Of a stretch of DNA of 64,000 nucleotides, positions 26,012-39,944 are shown piece after piece. The translations under genes and the position numbers were made by a program. The number at the start of each line of letters is the position of its first letter. Position 1 is the stretch's first letter. The notes under the pieces are model-generated. The model saw nothing but the letters and a program-made list of their open reading frames with translations, did not search any database and was not told the DNA's origin. The DNA comes from Eledone cirrhosa (lineage: Eukaryota): the NCBI GenBank assembly GCA_964016885.1, contig OZ024745.1, positions 22,134,001 to 22,198,000 of the forward strand, in the 5' to 3' direction.

Positions 26012-26192
26012 TGAGGCACATACTGAGTTCGATATGAGTTGATTGCTTACTCTTCACATGGATGTATATATACCTGACATACACTTTTTCGGACGATACG
26101 GATGTGTATATACCATAACATACACTTGAAGATGCGGATGTTACAATTCAATCTATACATGTATAACAGAACACAGAACTGAACTTACTTGC

Positions 26193-26237
<45 letters not shown>

Positions 26238-26740
26238 GGGCTGTGGTTAACCCAATATTTCCAATTTACATCGTCAAATTGAGATTTGACCAATGTAGCA
26301 TATGTTGTTTTGTAAACGAACTTTCGGTGAATGCTGTGTTGGTATATTCTTATTCTTATATTTGTTGTTTTTTTTCTATGACATCGCTTCGGTATGTGTA
26401 AGAGTGTGTGTGTACCCACTCACACTAATTGTGACCTTCTCTGGTTCTACAGGTTTGATGCTGTGTTGATATGTGTATATATATATATATTGTTTTCCTT
26501 TGACCTCGAGCCGGTGAGTATGGGTGTTGAGTGTGTGTACCCACTCACATTAACTGTGACCGACTGTATTTCTACAGATCTGATTAATGTCCAGCGTCCT
26601 TTGCAGCTATGGAGATTTGACAGTTTTGTGATCCTAACTGAAGCTGATAGGAGTCGCCGTATTTCTGACTACCGGATCTTCATATGATGGAATAAACTCT
26701 GTGAGTGAACATTGCTAATTTTCTCCCTCATATCAATTCA

Positions 26741-26822
26741 TTTTCACCTGATGAGATCAGTGATAATTGATCATGGCTTTACGATCGATCTATCTCTTAT
26801 TGAAACATCTGTCATGATTAAA
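26741..26822 (+). ncRNA. Hammerhead-like motif near a (TA)n tract
   Basis: CTGATGA-gatc..-GAAA-catctg-TC; helix I mismatched. Confidence 0.5.
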
Positions 26823-26859
26823 ATGATTGGAATTTTACCTTGCCTTCAGATTTTCATTT

Positions 26860-26929
<70 letters not shown>

Positions 26930-27150
26930 CTGTAAATGTTCATGGCTGTGTAAAAGTTGATGAAAATTACTTTTATAATCTATCATCTCTACCCTTTTGA
27001 GTATGAAGGTTGACATCTGTGAGATTTATACAAAAATTAAATGTTGATGTAACTAATGGCAAGCTAACTTATTTGACACTCTCTTAGATTCTATCATTCA
27101 AGGATATGGGAGGGAGATACGCGTGAAGGAAACAACCACTGTATTTGACT

Positions 27151-27484
27151 CAGCGTTTATCAATCGGTGCTCTACGGAACCCTAGGGTTACGCAAGAGGT
27201 CGCTAGGGGTTCTGCGAAAACTATGATAAAAATATAAAAAAGATTAATAATAGAATATAATTGTTTTTACTTTGGCACAACGCCAGCAATTATCCCAGTG
27301 TATTACTAGTACTTTATTTTATCGACCCCGTAAGGATGAAAGGCAAAGTTAACCTCGGCGGGATTTGAACTCAGAATGACAAGGGCCGTAACTCTATGCG
27401 TCAAAGCATGGTGTCCGTCCCTCTACCGATACTGCCAATCCATTTTATGCAGTGTTCCACAAGGATAAAAAGATTGCGAAACTC
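27151..27484. mobile_element. Possible hAT-type MITE interrupted by an S1 SINE (27259-27442, minus)
   Basis: Degenerate ends cagcgtttatcaatc / gattgcgaaac and internal ggaaccctaggg..ctaggggttc; SINE is clear, MITE is tentative. Confidence 0.45.
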
Positions 27485-27923
27485 AAATTAGGTGGGTACT
27501 TATTTTCTTGATCACTGGTTGTATGAAACAGTGTCCACTCTCCCTTGATTTGAACTCAGATATAAATAAGGAAGATATTTAAATATATTATGACATTTAG
27601 ATTGCCGTTCTACAGAATCTGCTACCCAACACCATAAATAAATACTGAAGGAAATATACGTATATAATGTTGCTATTATGTTATACGGTTGGCAAAATGC
27701 CTGACATCTTCCGATGCTTACTATAATAAAAATAGATACATAGATGCAGACACACTCATACAGATGCACATATACACACACACTATGGATATATGGATTT
27801 AATGATTATATACATATATAGAGAGAGATTGTAAGATAGATTATATATATATATATATATATAGGAAAATCTTCAAGACCCCGACGGCAGAGCGTAAGCC
27901 ATTTCAACGGTTATTTCTGGACT

Positions 27924-27979
<56 letters not shown>

Positions 27980-27988
27980 GCGCGCACG

Positions 27989-28031
<43 letters not shown>

Positions 28032-28602
28032 TTCGGACAACGAACAGCAGAGGACACGTATCGTTCCTCTTCGACAGATAACCCTCCTCCCCCCAGAAAA
28101 CCCCCTAGTTGATGGATGTGAATCCGAAATATAGGGACAATTAAATCTCTCGCAAGGTAACTATATCTCGTGTTATTATTTTTTTTTTACGCTCTTTCAT
28201 ACGTTCTTCTACACACTATACATCTCATTCTACATTCACTTACATCTCTCTCTCCACCACCGGATCTTGTTACCCGGAGAATTACCCATCTGCATTGTTG
28301 AGGCTTCCAAAACAACCAAAAGGAAATAAATCTAATTATTTCAAGCAAACTTCAATACTCTCTCTTATATATATATATATATATATAAATTTAGCGAGAA
28401 TCGCATTTCGGCGGGTAGAAATTAGCGAAACGCAACTTCCGTAATGTGTAGACAAGCGTTCCATGGATATGAAGAGGATACCAGAGCTATAAACATGAGT
28501 TAAAAAAGTCATACAAACTGAGACGACGGTTAAGAAGCCATTAACCACCAGAGCCAAATAAGCGAACAAGCTAAGCGGGTCAAACAAAATAAGATATGAT
28601 TG

Positions 28603-28694
<92 letters not shown>

Positions 28695-28726
28695 TAGTCT
28701 TCGCATTTATTATTATTACTATATGC

Positions 28727-28868
28727 GAGTTACGGCCCTTTATGGTCTGAGTTCAAATCCCGCCGAGGTTAACTTTGCCTTTCATCCTTACGGGGTCGAT
28801 AAAATAAAGTACCAGTAATACACTGGGATAATTGCTGGCCTTGTGCCTAAAGTAGAAACAATTATTAT
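28727..28868 (+). mobile_element. 5'-truncated S1 SINE
   Basis: Matches 1967-2104. Confidence 0.85.
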
Positions 28869-28884
28869 TACTAAATATATATAT

Positions 28885-29190
28885 AGTTGTTGTATGGTTG
28901 CCATAAATGCGTCTGTATGTGGTATGCCGTTTGAGCACTCCATGCTCGCGCAGAGCAGAGTATATTATTATAGATAACGAGGAATCAGTGATGCATCAAA
29001 ACCCAATTTATTAACATATTACATATGTTTCTCCGTCGATCAGCTCAAGGCAGGATCTGAACTTGCGAATGCAGAGTCGGGTTCGATCTGTAACAGATCC
29101 TGCATTGAGCTGATCGACGGGGAAACATATGTAATATGTTAATAAATTGTGTTTCGAAGCATTACTGATTCCTCGTTATCTATAATATAC
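28885..29190. mobile_element. Fold-back PLE terminus containing only the 3' half of an HHR
   Basis: Arms about 28964-29058 and 29095-29188; GAAA-catatg-TA; extension with ACTC..GAGTGCT (rc). Confidence 0.7.
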
Positions 29191-29191
29191 A

Positions 29192-29321
<130 letters not shown>

Positions 29322-29519
29322 TGTGTGTGCTCGAACCTTTTGAACTTACTTAACGCCGAGAGAATAATGTTTTTAGAAAATGCAGTATGCTCAGGCACAG
29401 AAAATAACTGTAAGTACAGTGAGTTTTTATAAAAGAGGGAAGGCTTGTCAAGAATACAGGGCTGGAATTAGTGAGGCGCAATGGGGGCAGTTGCCACGGA
29501 TCCCTTGCATATATATATA

Positions 29520-30335
29520 GGAATAAGTATGACCCCGACGGCAGTGCTCAAGCCGTTTCGATGGCTAATTCTGGACTAAATAAGAATTTTTAGCCTGGTA
29601 AATAAATAGCTGAACTTCTCAGGGGGTAATTCCATATATGGTAAAATAGTGATTGTCACAAGTATTGGTCAAAAGTTTGTTGTTAAGACATATGATTCTA
29701 TCATGGCATTTTGTGGAGGGTAGGGGTAGCTGAACTTGCCGGTAGAAGAAAGGGGAAGAGGGAGTAGAGGAAACCCAGTCAAGCGTTGAAATTGAAATCT
29801 ATACAGCCGATTCTAAGGATAGTGTATAGAAGATCGAAAAAAGTGTACTAGAGGAGGGTAGGGGGGTTGAAAAACTAGGTAAATCGAAAGGGAGTAAACA
29901 TAAAAGCCATTATAAAAATGAGGAAATATAAATATAAAAAATATAAAAAAACAATTTCTGGTTACTACTAACCTTCCACAATCACCAAATCTCTCATTGG
30001 TATTACTAAGCTATAGAAAAGTTTAATAGGTGGAGTGGAATACTAAATACGAGATTGTAGTGAAATAATTTTATAAAGCCATCATTACAGGGGGTCTAAC
30101 ACTACTACTATAGTTAGTAGAAATCAGCCAATGCTATCTCACAATGACAGGTTAATAAGTTGAGGTCAAACATACTAAAGAACTAATACGAAATATTAAT
30201 TCAGAATCCCAAAACATAAATACTAATACAATATATATAAATAATAATACAATACATAAATACTAATACACTATACATAAATACGAATACATTGGTACGT
30301 TATGGTCCATCTGGTTCCTTACCACATTTCCTTCG

Positions 30336-30338
<3 letters not shown>
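29520..30338 (-). mobile_element. PLE 3' UTR with HHR (29532-29627) plus short inverted tail fragment (30290-30338)
   Basis: rc acccc-CTGAGAA-long stem II-GAAA-cggc..gccg-TC-ggggt (core slightly degenerate). Confidence 0.65.
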
Positions 30339-30399
<61 letters not shown>

Positions 30400-30402
<3 letters not shown>

Positions 30403-30779
30403 GAGGTTATATTTAATTTGTTGGGATTCAACAAGCTTAAACATTTTTATAACTGATATAAAGCACTCAACAATTTAGTGGACTAAATACACAATATATT
30501 AATAAATGCAAAATATATTTATAAAACCATATTTATTTTATTATACATATTTCAAGGGCAACCAAGGCAAATTATAATGTGCTTTCATGTACTATCTCCA
30601 CTATCCAGGAAGCTCCAACCGTTAAGGTTGTCTTTTTTTCCGGGTATGTCAATATTTATTTATAAAACAAATCTGTATTTTATCTGATGAAAGCGCACCA
30701 TAATTTGTCGTGGTTGCCCTTGAAATATCTATAATAAAATAAATATGGTTTTATAAATATAGTTTCCATTTAATAATAT

Positions 30780-30785
<6 letters not shown>
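30400..30785. mobile_element. Fold-back PLE termini with HHR (30676-30741 plus)
   Basis: Same family as 17893 and 48283. Confidence 0.8.
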
Positions 30786-30814
<29 letters not shown>

Positions 30815-30818
<4 letters not shown>

Positions 30819-31216
30819 ATCAAGAAAGAAGCGTGACATGGTTTGCTATACAATAAGGGCTTTATTCACATTGCTGACAATTGTTTCTCTGAACTGGTAG
30901 GTATAGAGATAGCTACCCGCCTGTTTTTGCGTCAATCGATCACCAATACTTTGTTATAACCAGTCAATTCATCAGAGCATGCGAGCATCAGAGCATCAGA
31001 GAAACAATTGTCAGCAATGTGAATAAAGCCTTATTGTATAGCAAACCGTGGCACTCTTCTTTCTTGATTTATCATTACTCCAAGTGTAAAGTACATAGAA
31101 ATCACCGAGTACTCGCAGCATCACTATGGAAACCTCTTGTTGAGTCAAACTTAGCCAAGCGTTAATACTATCGACTACATCTAAGTGGACTACCTATAAC
31201 AATAATTTGTTATCCC

Positions 31217-31217
<1 letters not shown>
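30815..31217. mobile_element. Fold-back element with HHR (30867-30983 minus, long helix II, GUC site)
   Basis: rc tgct-CTGATGA-..-GAAA-caattg-TC-agca. Confidence 0.75.
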
Positions 31218-31239
<22 letters not shown>

Positions 31240-31257
<18 letters not shown>

Positions 31258-32000
31258 GACAGGCACAGACACACACACACACACATACGCACGTATACAC
31301 ACTGACACACACACTGAAACATACACACACGCAGAATCACACACACACACCTAAAACATACACATACACCCACACACACTGAAACATACACATACGCACA
31401 ATCACACACACACACCTAAAACATACACATACACACACTCACATCTGACACACACACACAGACACACACACCTAAAACATACACGTACACATACACTCAC
31501 ATCTGACACACACACACACACACACAGACACACACACACCTAAAACATACACGTACACACACACTAACATCTGACACACACACAAACACACACACCTAAA
31601 ACATACACGTACACATACACTCACATCTGACACACACACAGACACACACACCTAAAACATACACGTACACATAAACTCACATCCTACACACACACATGCA
31701 CACATACAGACACAAACACCTAAAACACACACGTACACATAAACTCACATCCTACACACACACATGCACACATACAGACACACACACCTAAAACACACAC
31801 GTACACATAAACTCACATCCTACACACACATGCACACACACAGACACACACACCTAAAATATACACGTACACATACACTCACATCTAACACACACACACA
31901 GACACACACACCTAAAACATACACGTACACATACACTCACATCTAACACACACACACACAGACACACACACCTAAAACATACACGTACACTCACATCTGG

Positions 32001-32030
<30 letters not shown>
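31240..32030. repeat. CA-rich minisatellite, unit about 65-75 bp
   Basis: cacctaaaacatacacgtacacatacactcacatctgaca repeated about 11 times. Confidence 0.9.
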
Positions 32031-32031
<1 letters not shown>

Positions 32032-32346
32032 AATGGCAGTCCAGTTGGGACTTACAGAGATTATCTATGGCTACTTAAAGATTAAAGGGGATTTACTGAG
32101 AGATAGACTCCACTGTTAGATTCAGGCAACACTTTCCAAACATACTCTCCATCACCCATTCCTACCTGCTTCCCTGTCTCCTTTCTTTCTTTCTTTCTTT
32201 CTCTTTCCTACGTTCTTTCTTCTATCTGTCTTCCTTCGAAATATCTTCTTCTCGTCTCATTCAGACACATTCGTTTTCACGTGCGTCTCAATGTGTTTCG
32301 AACTCTGCATTTCTTACATTCTTAATTACCTTTCTCTCTCGCTCTC

Positions 32347-32449
<103 letters not shown>

Positions 32450-32509
32450 ATAATAATAAATTTGAAGACTAAAATCTGTTATTTTAATAAATATATATAT
32501 ATATATATA

Positions 32510-33912
<1,403 letters not shown>

Positions 33913-33919
33913 TATATAT

Positions 33920-34388
33920 GAATATTTGTTTTTAAGGTTGCTTAGAAGCGTCCATAGGTGGTATGCCCGTTGAGCACTATATGGTCTTTCAGAGGAGTAA
34001 GACAGAATTGAGTATACCAATGGAAATTTAACCAAATAATCAAAATATTAACAAAATAGAACTTATTGTGATCAAATATATTTTATTATGCATATTTCAG
34101 AGGTACTTATTGTAGTACAATAAAGCAATGCAAATATGAGATATGTAGCACTCAACAGTTTATAGGACTGGAGTATAAATAATATAAAATCAAAAGATGG
34201 TTAAAAGAGTTCCATGTATTTTATTATGCGCATTTCAAAAACAAATATCATAATGTGATGATATTTGCGATCTCATCAGATAAAATAGGGAGACATGATA
34301 TGAAGCTTAAAAAGCACTTGCAAGCTGAAGTGTTAAATCAACATATGTTGATTTAACACTTCACTGGAACTCTTTTAACCATCTTTTG

Positions 34389-34395
<7 letters not shown>
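33920..34395 (-). mobile_element. Two adjacent PLE termini, one with HHR (34217-34287) and a short inverted arm
   Basis: rc tattttat-CTGATGA..GAAA-tgcgca-TA-ataaaata; matches ends of 39945-44438 and 39558-39920. Confidence 0.75.
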
Positions 34396-34437
<42 letters not shown>

Positions 34438-34438
34438 T

Positions 34439-34479
<41 letters not shown>

Positions 34480-37275
34480 ATTTCTGATTATCTATCATGC
34501 TTTACCTATTCCATTTTTATGTTTCTTGGTTTTCTTTCTATATGTTGTTCTTTTGCTCATGTAGCCACTTTCGTAATCTTTCTTCCATTCTATCATTCTT
34601 ATCTTCTTTCTTTTTTATATTATTTTTATCCCTCGCTATTTCCTACTTTCTTTCATTCAATTTCTCTCCCTTTCTTATCCATCCAACATCATATTTCTAA
34701 CTATATTAGAGTATCAAATATTTTAACCCTTATCCTCTTCTAGAGGTATAGTTTATACTGAAAATCGTTTCAAACAAAAACAAAAGCACACAACAACAAA
34801 CCGGTTAAAACCAAAGAAATTTCGGCCAAATTAAGCATGAACATTTTCGCAAAATGGCAAAGCGGTTCAAACCAGTTCAAACTTGATCGATCTGGCTTAC
34901 AACATTTCAGTCCAGTTGAAGTCAGATTAAAACAATTCAGAATGTTTCAAATGCATTAAAATCGAAGTAAATCTCCATAAATCAAGCTCAAATTAGCTCG
35001 AAATCCCGCAACGCAAAGTCCTATCAACTGCTCAATATGATGTTCAGCCTGATCATATTTGTTTAAAACAGTTCTACAACTTCCCTGTTTCTCAAACCAG
35101 AAACAGTTTCTACACAACCAAGAATAAATAAGGGAAAGAAACGTAAAAATATTTAAACTGGCACAAATTGAATCAATCCAATGCAATCCAGGGGCTTCTC
35201 ACCCCTGTTGATGGAACCCCTCCTTTTTTGACCTCCAGCGCTTTCTCTTTGGTTTGAGACTTGTCAGGGATGTAGCCTTGTCCACCACCCTTGGCCAATT
35301 GCGGGCTTGTGAGGCTATTTAACCCATAGTTGGGGTGGACTTTTTTAATCAAGTGAATTGTAACTTCTAACTCCGATTTCCCTCGCATTGGTAGTCTTCT
35401 AGAAGACCATGGTCACCAATAATTTCTTTTTAAAGCCATAAAATAAATATATTACCTTTTAAAAGAAAGTTAACGTTAGCAAATTGGAGGAAATTAACAG
35501 AAATTTCATTAAAATTGCAAATATAATTAATAGCTCAATCCAGAAAAAGTAAACTGCAATAAGCTAGGAGGTAACCAGAAGGTCCTGTGCAATTTTAAAA
35601 CAAGGCAAACTAATGTAAATCAGATCAAATTTGTTCCAATATTTTTATACAAGTTCAAACACGCCTAGACCAGTTTAAACCAGTTCAGATTAGGTTCCGT
35701 CAGACCAAATCGTCTATAAAGGGATCCAAGTGAACTAGAGTGGATATAAAATATAAAAACTGTCATTAAACACAAAAGAAATTGCATATAGTATGGCCTA
35801 TGCTTGAGAAAACCTGATAAAAAACAGAAAATTTGATTAAACCAAGAATATAAGAGTTGAAGACTGTCAATGTTTGACCAAATCTCGATTCACGTGGATT
35901 CGGATTCACTGTTTAATTAGGGACAAAATAAAACAAATTGCTTCAAAAGAGAATCAAGCCTTCGTAAATCGTTACCAATTTCATCCTGTAGCGGTTTGAT
36001 CCAAAATTGATCAAAATTGATGCAAATTAGCATTAAACAGATGAAATGGCTTAAATCAAGAATAATCATGTTCAGGCAAAAATATATAAAAACAAAGAGG
36101 TTAGAATCTGTTAAATCTGTCCTAAGTATTTTTAACCTTCTTTCGAAATAGTCCATAAATATCGAAATGGGTTACAAAGGATTAAAAAAATAGGCTCATT
36201 TACATGGAACAGAAAATAGCGTGTAAATATACCCCCCCCCCCCCCCCAACCCCCCATACACAAATATTCAATTTAGACAGTTTTTATTCAATCAGATCAA
36301 TATTATCCAATGAAGACCAAAGTAACCCAATCGACAAGATATCTGAAACCGAATGGCAGGAAAAGGTAAATATACTGACGAATTTCAAACAACTTCAAAG
36401 ATGGAATATTCTGCTATTTGCATTGTAAGTATGGAGTGTTTTGTGATTGTAGCATGGCCACGTCGAGAAATTCATTTGTGTGACATATTGTGACTATAGG
36501 AAATGAAGTTAAGAAAAAACAAACAATCATACACAACTCTCCTGCACACGACAATTAAACAGAGAGGAAATCCAACGGCGAAACATTTACGTGGTCATTG
36601 CGTCTGCAAAAAATAACAGCCAAATTCCATTAAAATTCGACCAAACTGTCTTAACAGAAAGCACATTTATTGATATTGTACAAAGTACATTCTCCTTGGC
36701 AAAAATGCAAAAAATTCGAAGTAGTCAGGTAGAATGGTTTTGATCATATCTTCGCTTCTTTGGGGCCGACTTTGGGTTAAACAACAATAACAACACTAAA
36801 TAAATCTATCAAATTAAATCACACCTTTATACAGAAACATTAAAGTGATTATTGCAAGCTATATGAAATATTCCTTACACAATTCATTGACCAGTCGATA
36901 AAAGTTGAGAAAGTAAACCTCTCACGTCTTTGTCACATAATAAACTTTTCACGTGCAGCTCTGATTCACTTCTAAAACCATTTTCATTCCACTTTGTACT
37001 TACCTTAATGAATATTGGTTTCACTGCTTGTCTCACCTGTGATACATACTGACATGTTTGCCGATTTACCAAATCTGTTATTTTTCTTACACACTTGTCT
37101 GCTGCGTATACACTAGATTGTTTAAAATATTTAACCCTGACCGCTATCGTTATCTTTCTATATACAAACGAAACAGTTATATATGAAATAAAAAATGCCT
37201 ATACTCTACCAATGTATTACAGAATCTTTTTTAATTGTAGTTACCTTCAGACACACACATATATATATATATATT

Positions 37276-38119
37276 GCACTGGAGAAACACCAGGACTCTG
37301 GCTTTACTGTAGCACCGGCTCAGAGCAGGAGAGTGGGGGCGAAAAAGGTATCGGATGCTGAATTTGCCGACGACATAGTTTTGGTGACAAATACAGTGAA
37401 GGAGGCAGAGGATTTGATGCGGGAGGTTGAGACTGTGTCGATGAGTGTGGGGCTGAGAATGAATGAGACTAAAACAAAATATCTGGTAGAGAATGTTGAG
37501 AAGCCAGAGGGGATCACTAATGTAGGCGGGAAGCCGCTGGAATTGGTTGAGGACTTCCTGTATTTGGGAGCAAAGATTGGGAATACGGAGGATGATGTGG
37601 TTGAGAGGAAGAGCAAGGCCTGGGCGGCGTGCCACAGCTTGAGATCGGTGTGGAAGTCGGACCTTCGTAGAGACCTGAAAATCCGCCTCTTCATTGCTGT
37701 AGTGGAGTCTGTGCTGCTGTATGGGTCTGAGACTTGGACACTGACCAAGAAACTCACTCAGATGGTGGATAGGTGCTACACGAGAATGCTGAGGATGGCT
37801 CTGAACATTAATCAGTATACACTGAGGATGAAAAACTCAGAGCTGTATGGGAGCATCCCAAAAGTCAGCTCAAAAGTGACACAGAGGAGACTGAGGTTGG
37901 CTGGACATGCTCACCGACATCCAGAGTTGACATTGCACTCAGTGCTCCTTTGGGAGCCCCTACATGGACACACTAGAAGAGGAAGACCAAGGTTAACATA
38001 TGTTGATGCGCTAAGGACAGACACTGGTCTGTTGGAGATGCAGGATATGGCAGCGATAATGAGGGACAGAGACCGCTGGAGAGAACTCGTCCATGGATCT
38101 CGGGAATTTTACCCGCCTT

Positions 38120-38121
<2 letters not shown>
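37276..38121 (+). mobile_element. 5'-truncated RTE-clade LINE: RT C-terminal part with intact frame, ending in (AT)n
   Basis: EFADDIVL, VGLRMNETKTK, FLYLG, LLYGSETWTL, RRLRLAGH, RRGRPRLTY, RDRDRWR. Confidence 0.92.
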
Positions 38122-38157
<36 letters not shown>

Positions 38158-38291
38158 CATTAAATACGTTAAATATATATATATATAAAGACATATATAT
38201 ATATATACATATATAAATGAGCGGAGCAAGCAATTATCAAACAATCCTTTAAATAAATTAAAAAACGATTTAAATAATCACCTGTTCTGTT

Positions 38292-38371
38292 GCTGTTACC
38301 GACGGTTTCACCAATCCAAAGATTGGAAATCCAGAGAATTTCCAATGGAAAGAATTAGATCTTCAGACAGC
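38292..38371 (-). ncRNA. Type I hammerhead ribozyme in a short (TA)n-flanked element
   Basis: rc gctgt-CTGAAGA-..-GAAA-ccgtcgg-TA-acagc. Confidence 0.75.
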
Positions 38372-38377
38372 TTATTT

Positions 38378-38412
<35 letters not shown>

Positions 38413-38414
<2 letters not shown>

Positions 38415-39540
38415 GAAAAATTGAACGGGAACAAAACAGAGAGGCAGTACAAACAAATGTTTATTAATTTCACGCTCTTGAGAGTGGGGTGGTGGTGGGG
38501 AACGACGTTTCGGGCATAAACCCTTCTTCAGGTGAAAAGTGTGTGGGAAGAGAGTTCAAAGGGTGTGTAGAGAGTGGTAGAGAGACATATAGCAAAAAGG
38601 TGGTGAGCGGAAACGGTGCAAATGAAATTAAAAATAAAGGCATGATCAAAATAAAATTAAAAAGGGGTAAAACAGGTGGTGGAAGGGTGTGGGGCGTGTA
38701 GGGGTGGTGGCGGGTGGAGTGGGGAGAGGGAGACGGTGTGTCCGAGCGGGGAGGGCTGAAGGTGGTGTGTGTGTGTAGGTGTACGTGTGTGTGTGTGTGT
38801 GTGTGTGTGAAAGCAAGGGATGGGGGAAGAACGAGGTTGCATGTTCAGGAAGAGGTGTGTGTGGGTGGGGTGTAGGTCGGAGTGTGCGTGCGTGTGTGGA
38901 TAGAGGGGTGGGGGGAGAGGATTCCGGAGGCTGAATGTGTAAATATGTGGTGGTACGCACGTGTGTGTGTGGTTTTTATGCGTGTTGTGGGTGTAGGTGG
39001 CGTGTGGGAAAAAAATGTTTTGGGGTGTGTGTGTCGGTGAGTCATAAAGGTAATTCCGTAAAAAGATGTGGTGGAATGCTTAGTAAAATCCTTGGATGTG
39101 GTGGATTCCGGGATCAAGGTTCACATACGTGTAATCCGTGAAGAGATTGGTCGGAAGAGGGGAGATGTGGGGTGCGCGCGCAACAGGAAGTGGTCAGAGG
39201 GTCAAGGCAGGAGGAGTGTTGTGTGTCTGTGTGTGCGGGGAGGTGGTCAGAGGGCATAGCAGCAGTAGGGTAGAATGGTAAGTGAAGGTGTGTTGTGTGT
39301 CTGTGTGTGCGGGGAGGTGGTCAGAGGGCATAGCAGCAATAGGGTAGAATGGTAATTGAAGGTGTGTCAGTGTGTGCGGTGGACAGGGGAGAGGATGGGT
39401 AGGTGTGAAAGTTGGAGTGAGGAGGGGGTGTGTGTGTATTAGTAGAGGTGTTAGTGGGATGAGTGAGTGTTTGAGAAAGGGTGTGGGTGGAGCGGGGAGA
39501 GAAGGGTGTGGGGGCGATGGAGGGATTGTAGTGTACTGGT
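38413..39540 (-). mobile_element. Second copy of the G/GT-rich HHR-core family (see 6849-8460)
   Basis: Colinear similarity; rc CTGAAGA-agggt ttat gccc-GAAA-cgtcg at 38501-38531; internal duplication of about 70 bp at 39215-39365. Confidence 0.7.
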
Positions 39541-39557
39541 ATATATATATATATATT

Positions 39558-39920
39558 ATTATTAATTCAAAATATTAACAAAATAGATATTCTTGTGATC
39601 AATTATATTTTATTATACATATTTCAGAGGTATTGAGTTAAGTTTAACAGTACGTCCTTATCAGATAAAACAGGATGATGCATGACATACCCTGACATAG
39701 TAGATAGTTAAGATTCAGTCATGAATCTTAACCATCTACTATGAAATATGTATAACCTCTGAAATATGTATAATAAAATATAATTGATCACAAGAATATC
39801 TATTTTTTAAATATTTTGAATTAATATTAATAACTCTGGAAAACCTAAATTGTTGAGTGCTTCCAATCTATTGTAAAACTCATTCTTTGATGTATTCATT
39901 GAACCTTGTCTAACTTTTAA
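39558..39920. mobile_element. Fold-back PLE termini with degenerate HHR (CTGATAA)
   Basis: Inverted arms 39558-39632 and 39755-39826; tail with ACTC..GAGTGCT. Confidence 0.7.
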
Positions 39921-39944
39921 ATATATATATATATATATATATAA

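Noticed and set aside
31240-32030. CRISPR-like repeat-spacer array
   Set aside because: Intervals are variable (CA)n, not unique spacers; eukaryotic context with no cas genes.
35173-35388. 71-aa complex ORF in a GC-richer patch
   Set aside because: No recognisable domain or convincing splice sites.
37005-37080. Possible minus-strand exon ending at AAG|GTAAGT
   Set aside because: Good donor but no pyrimidine tract at the acceptor.
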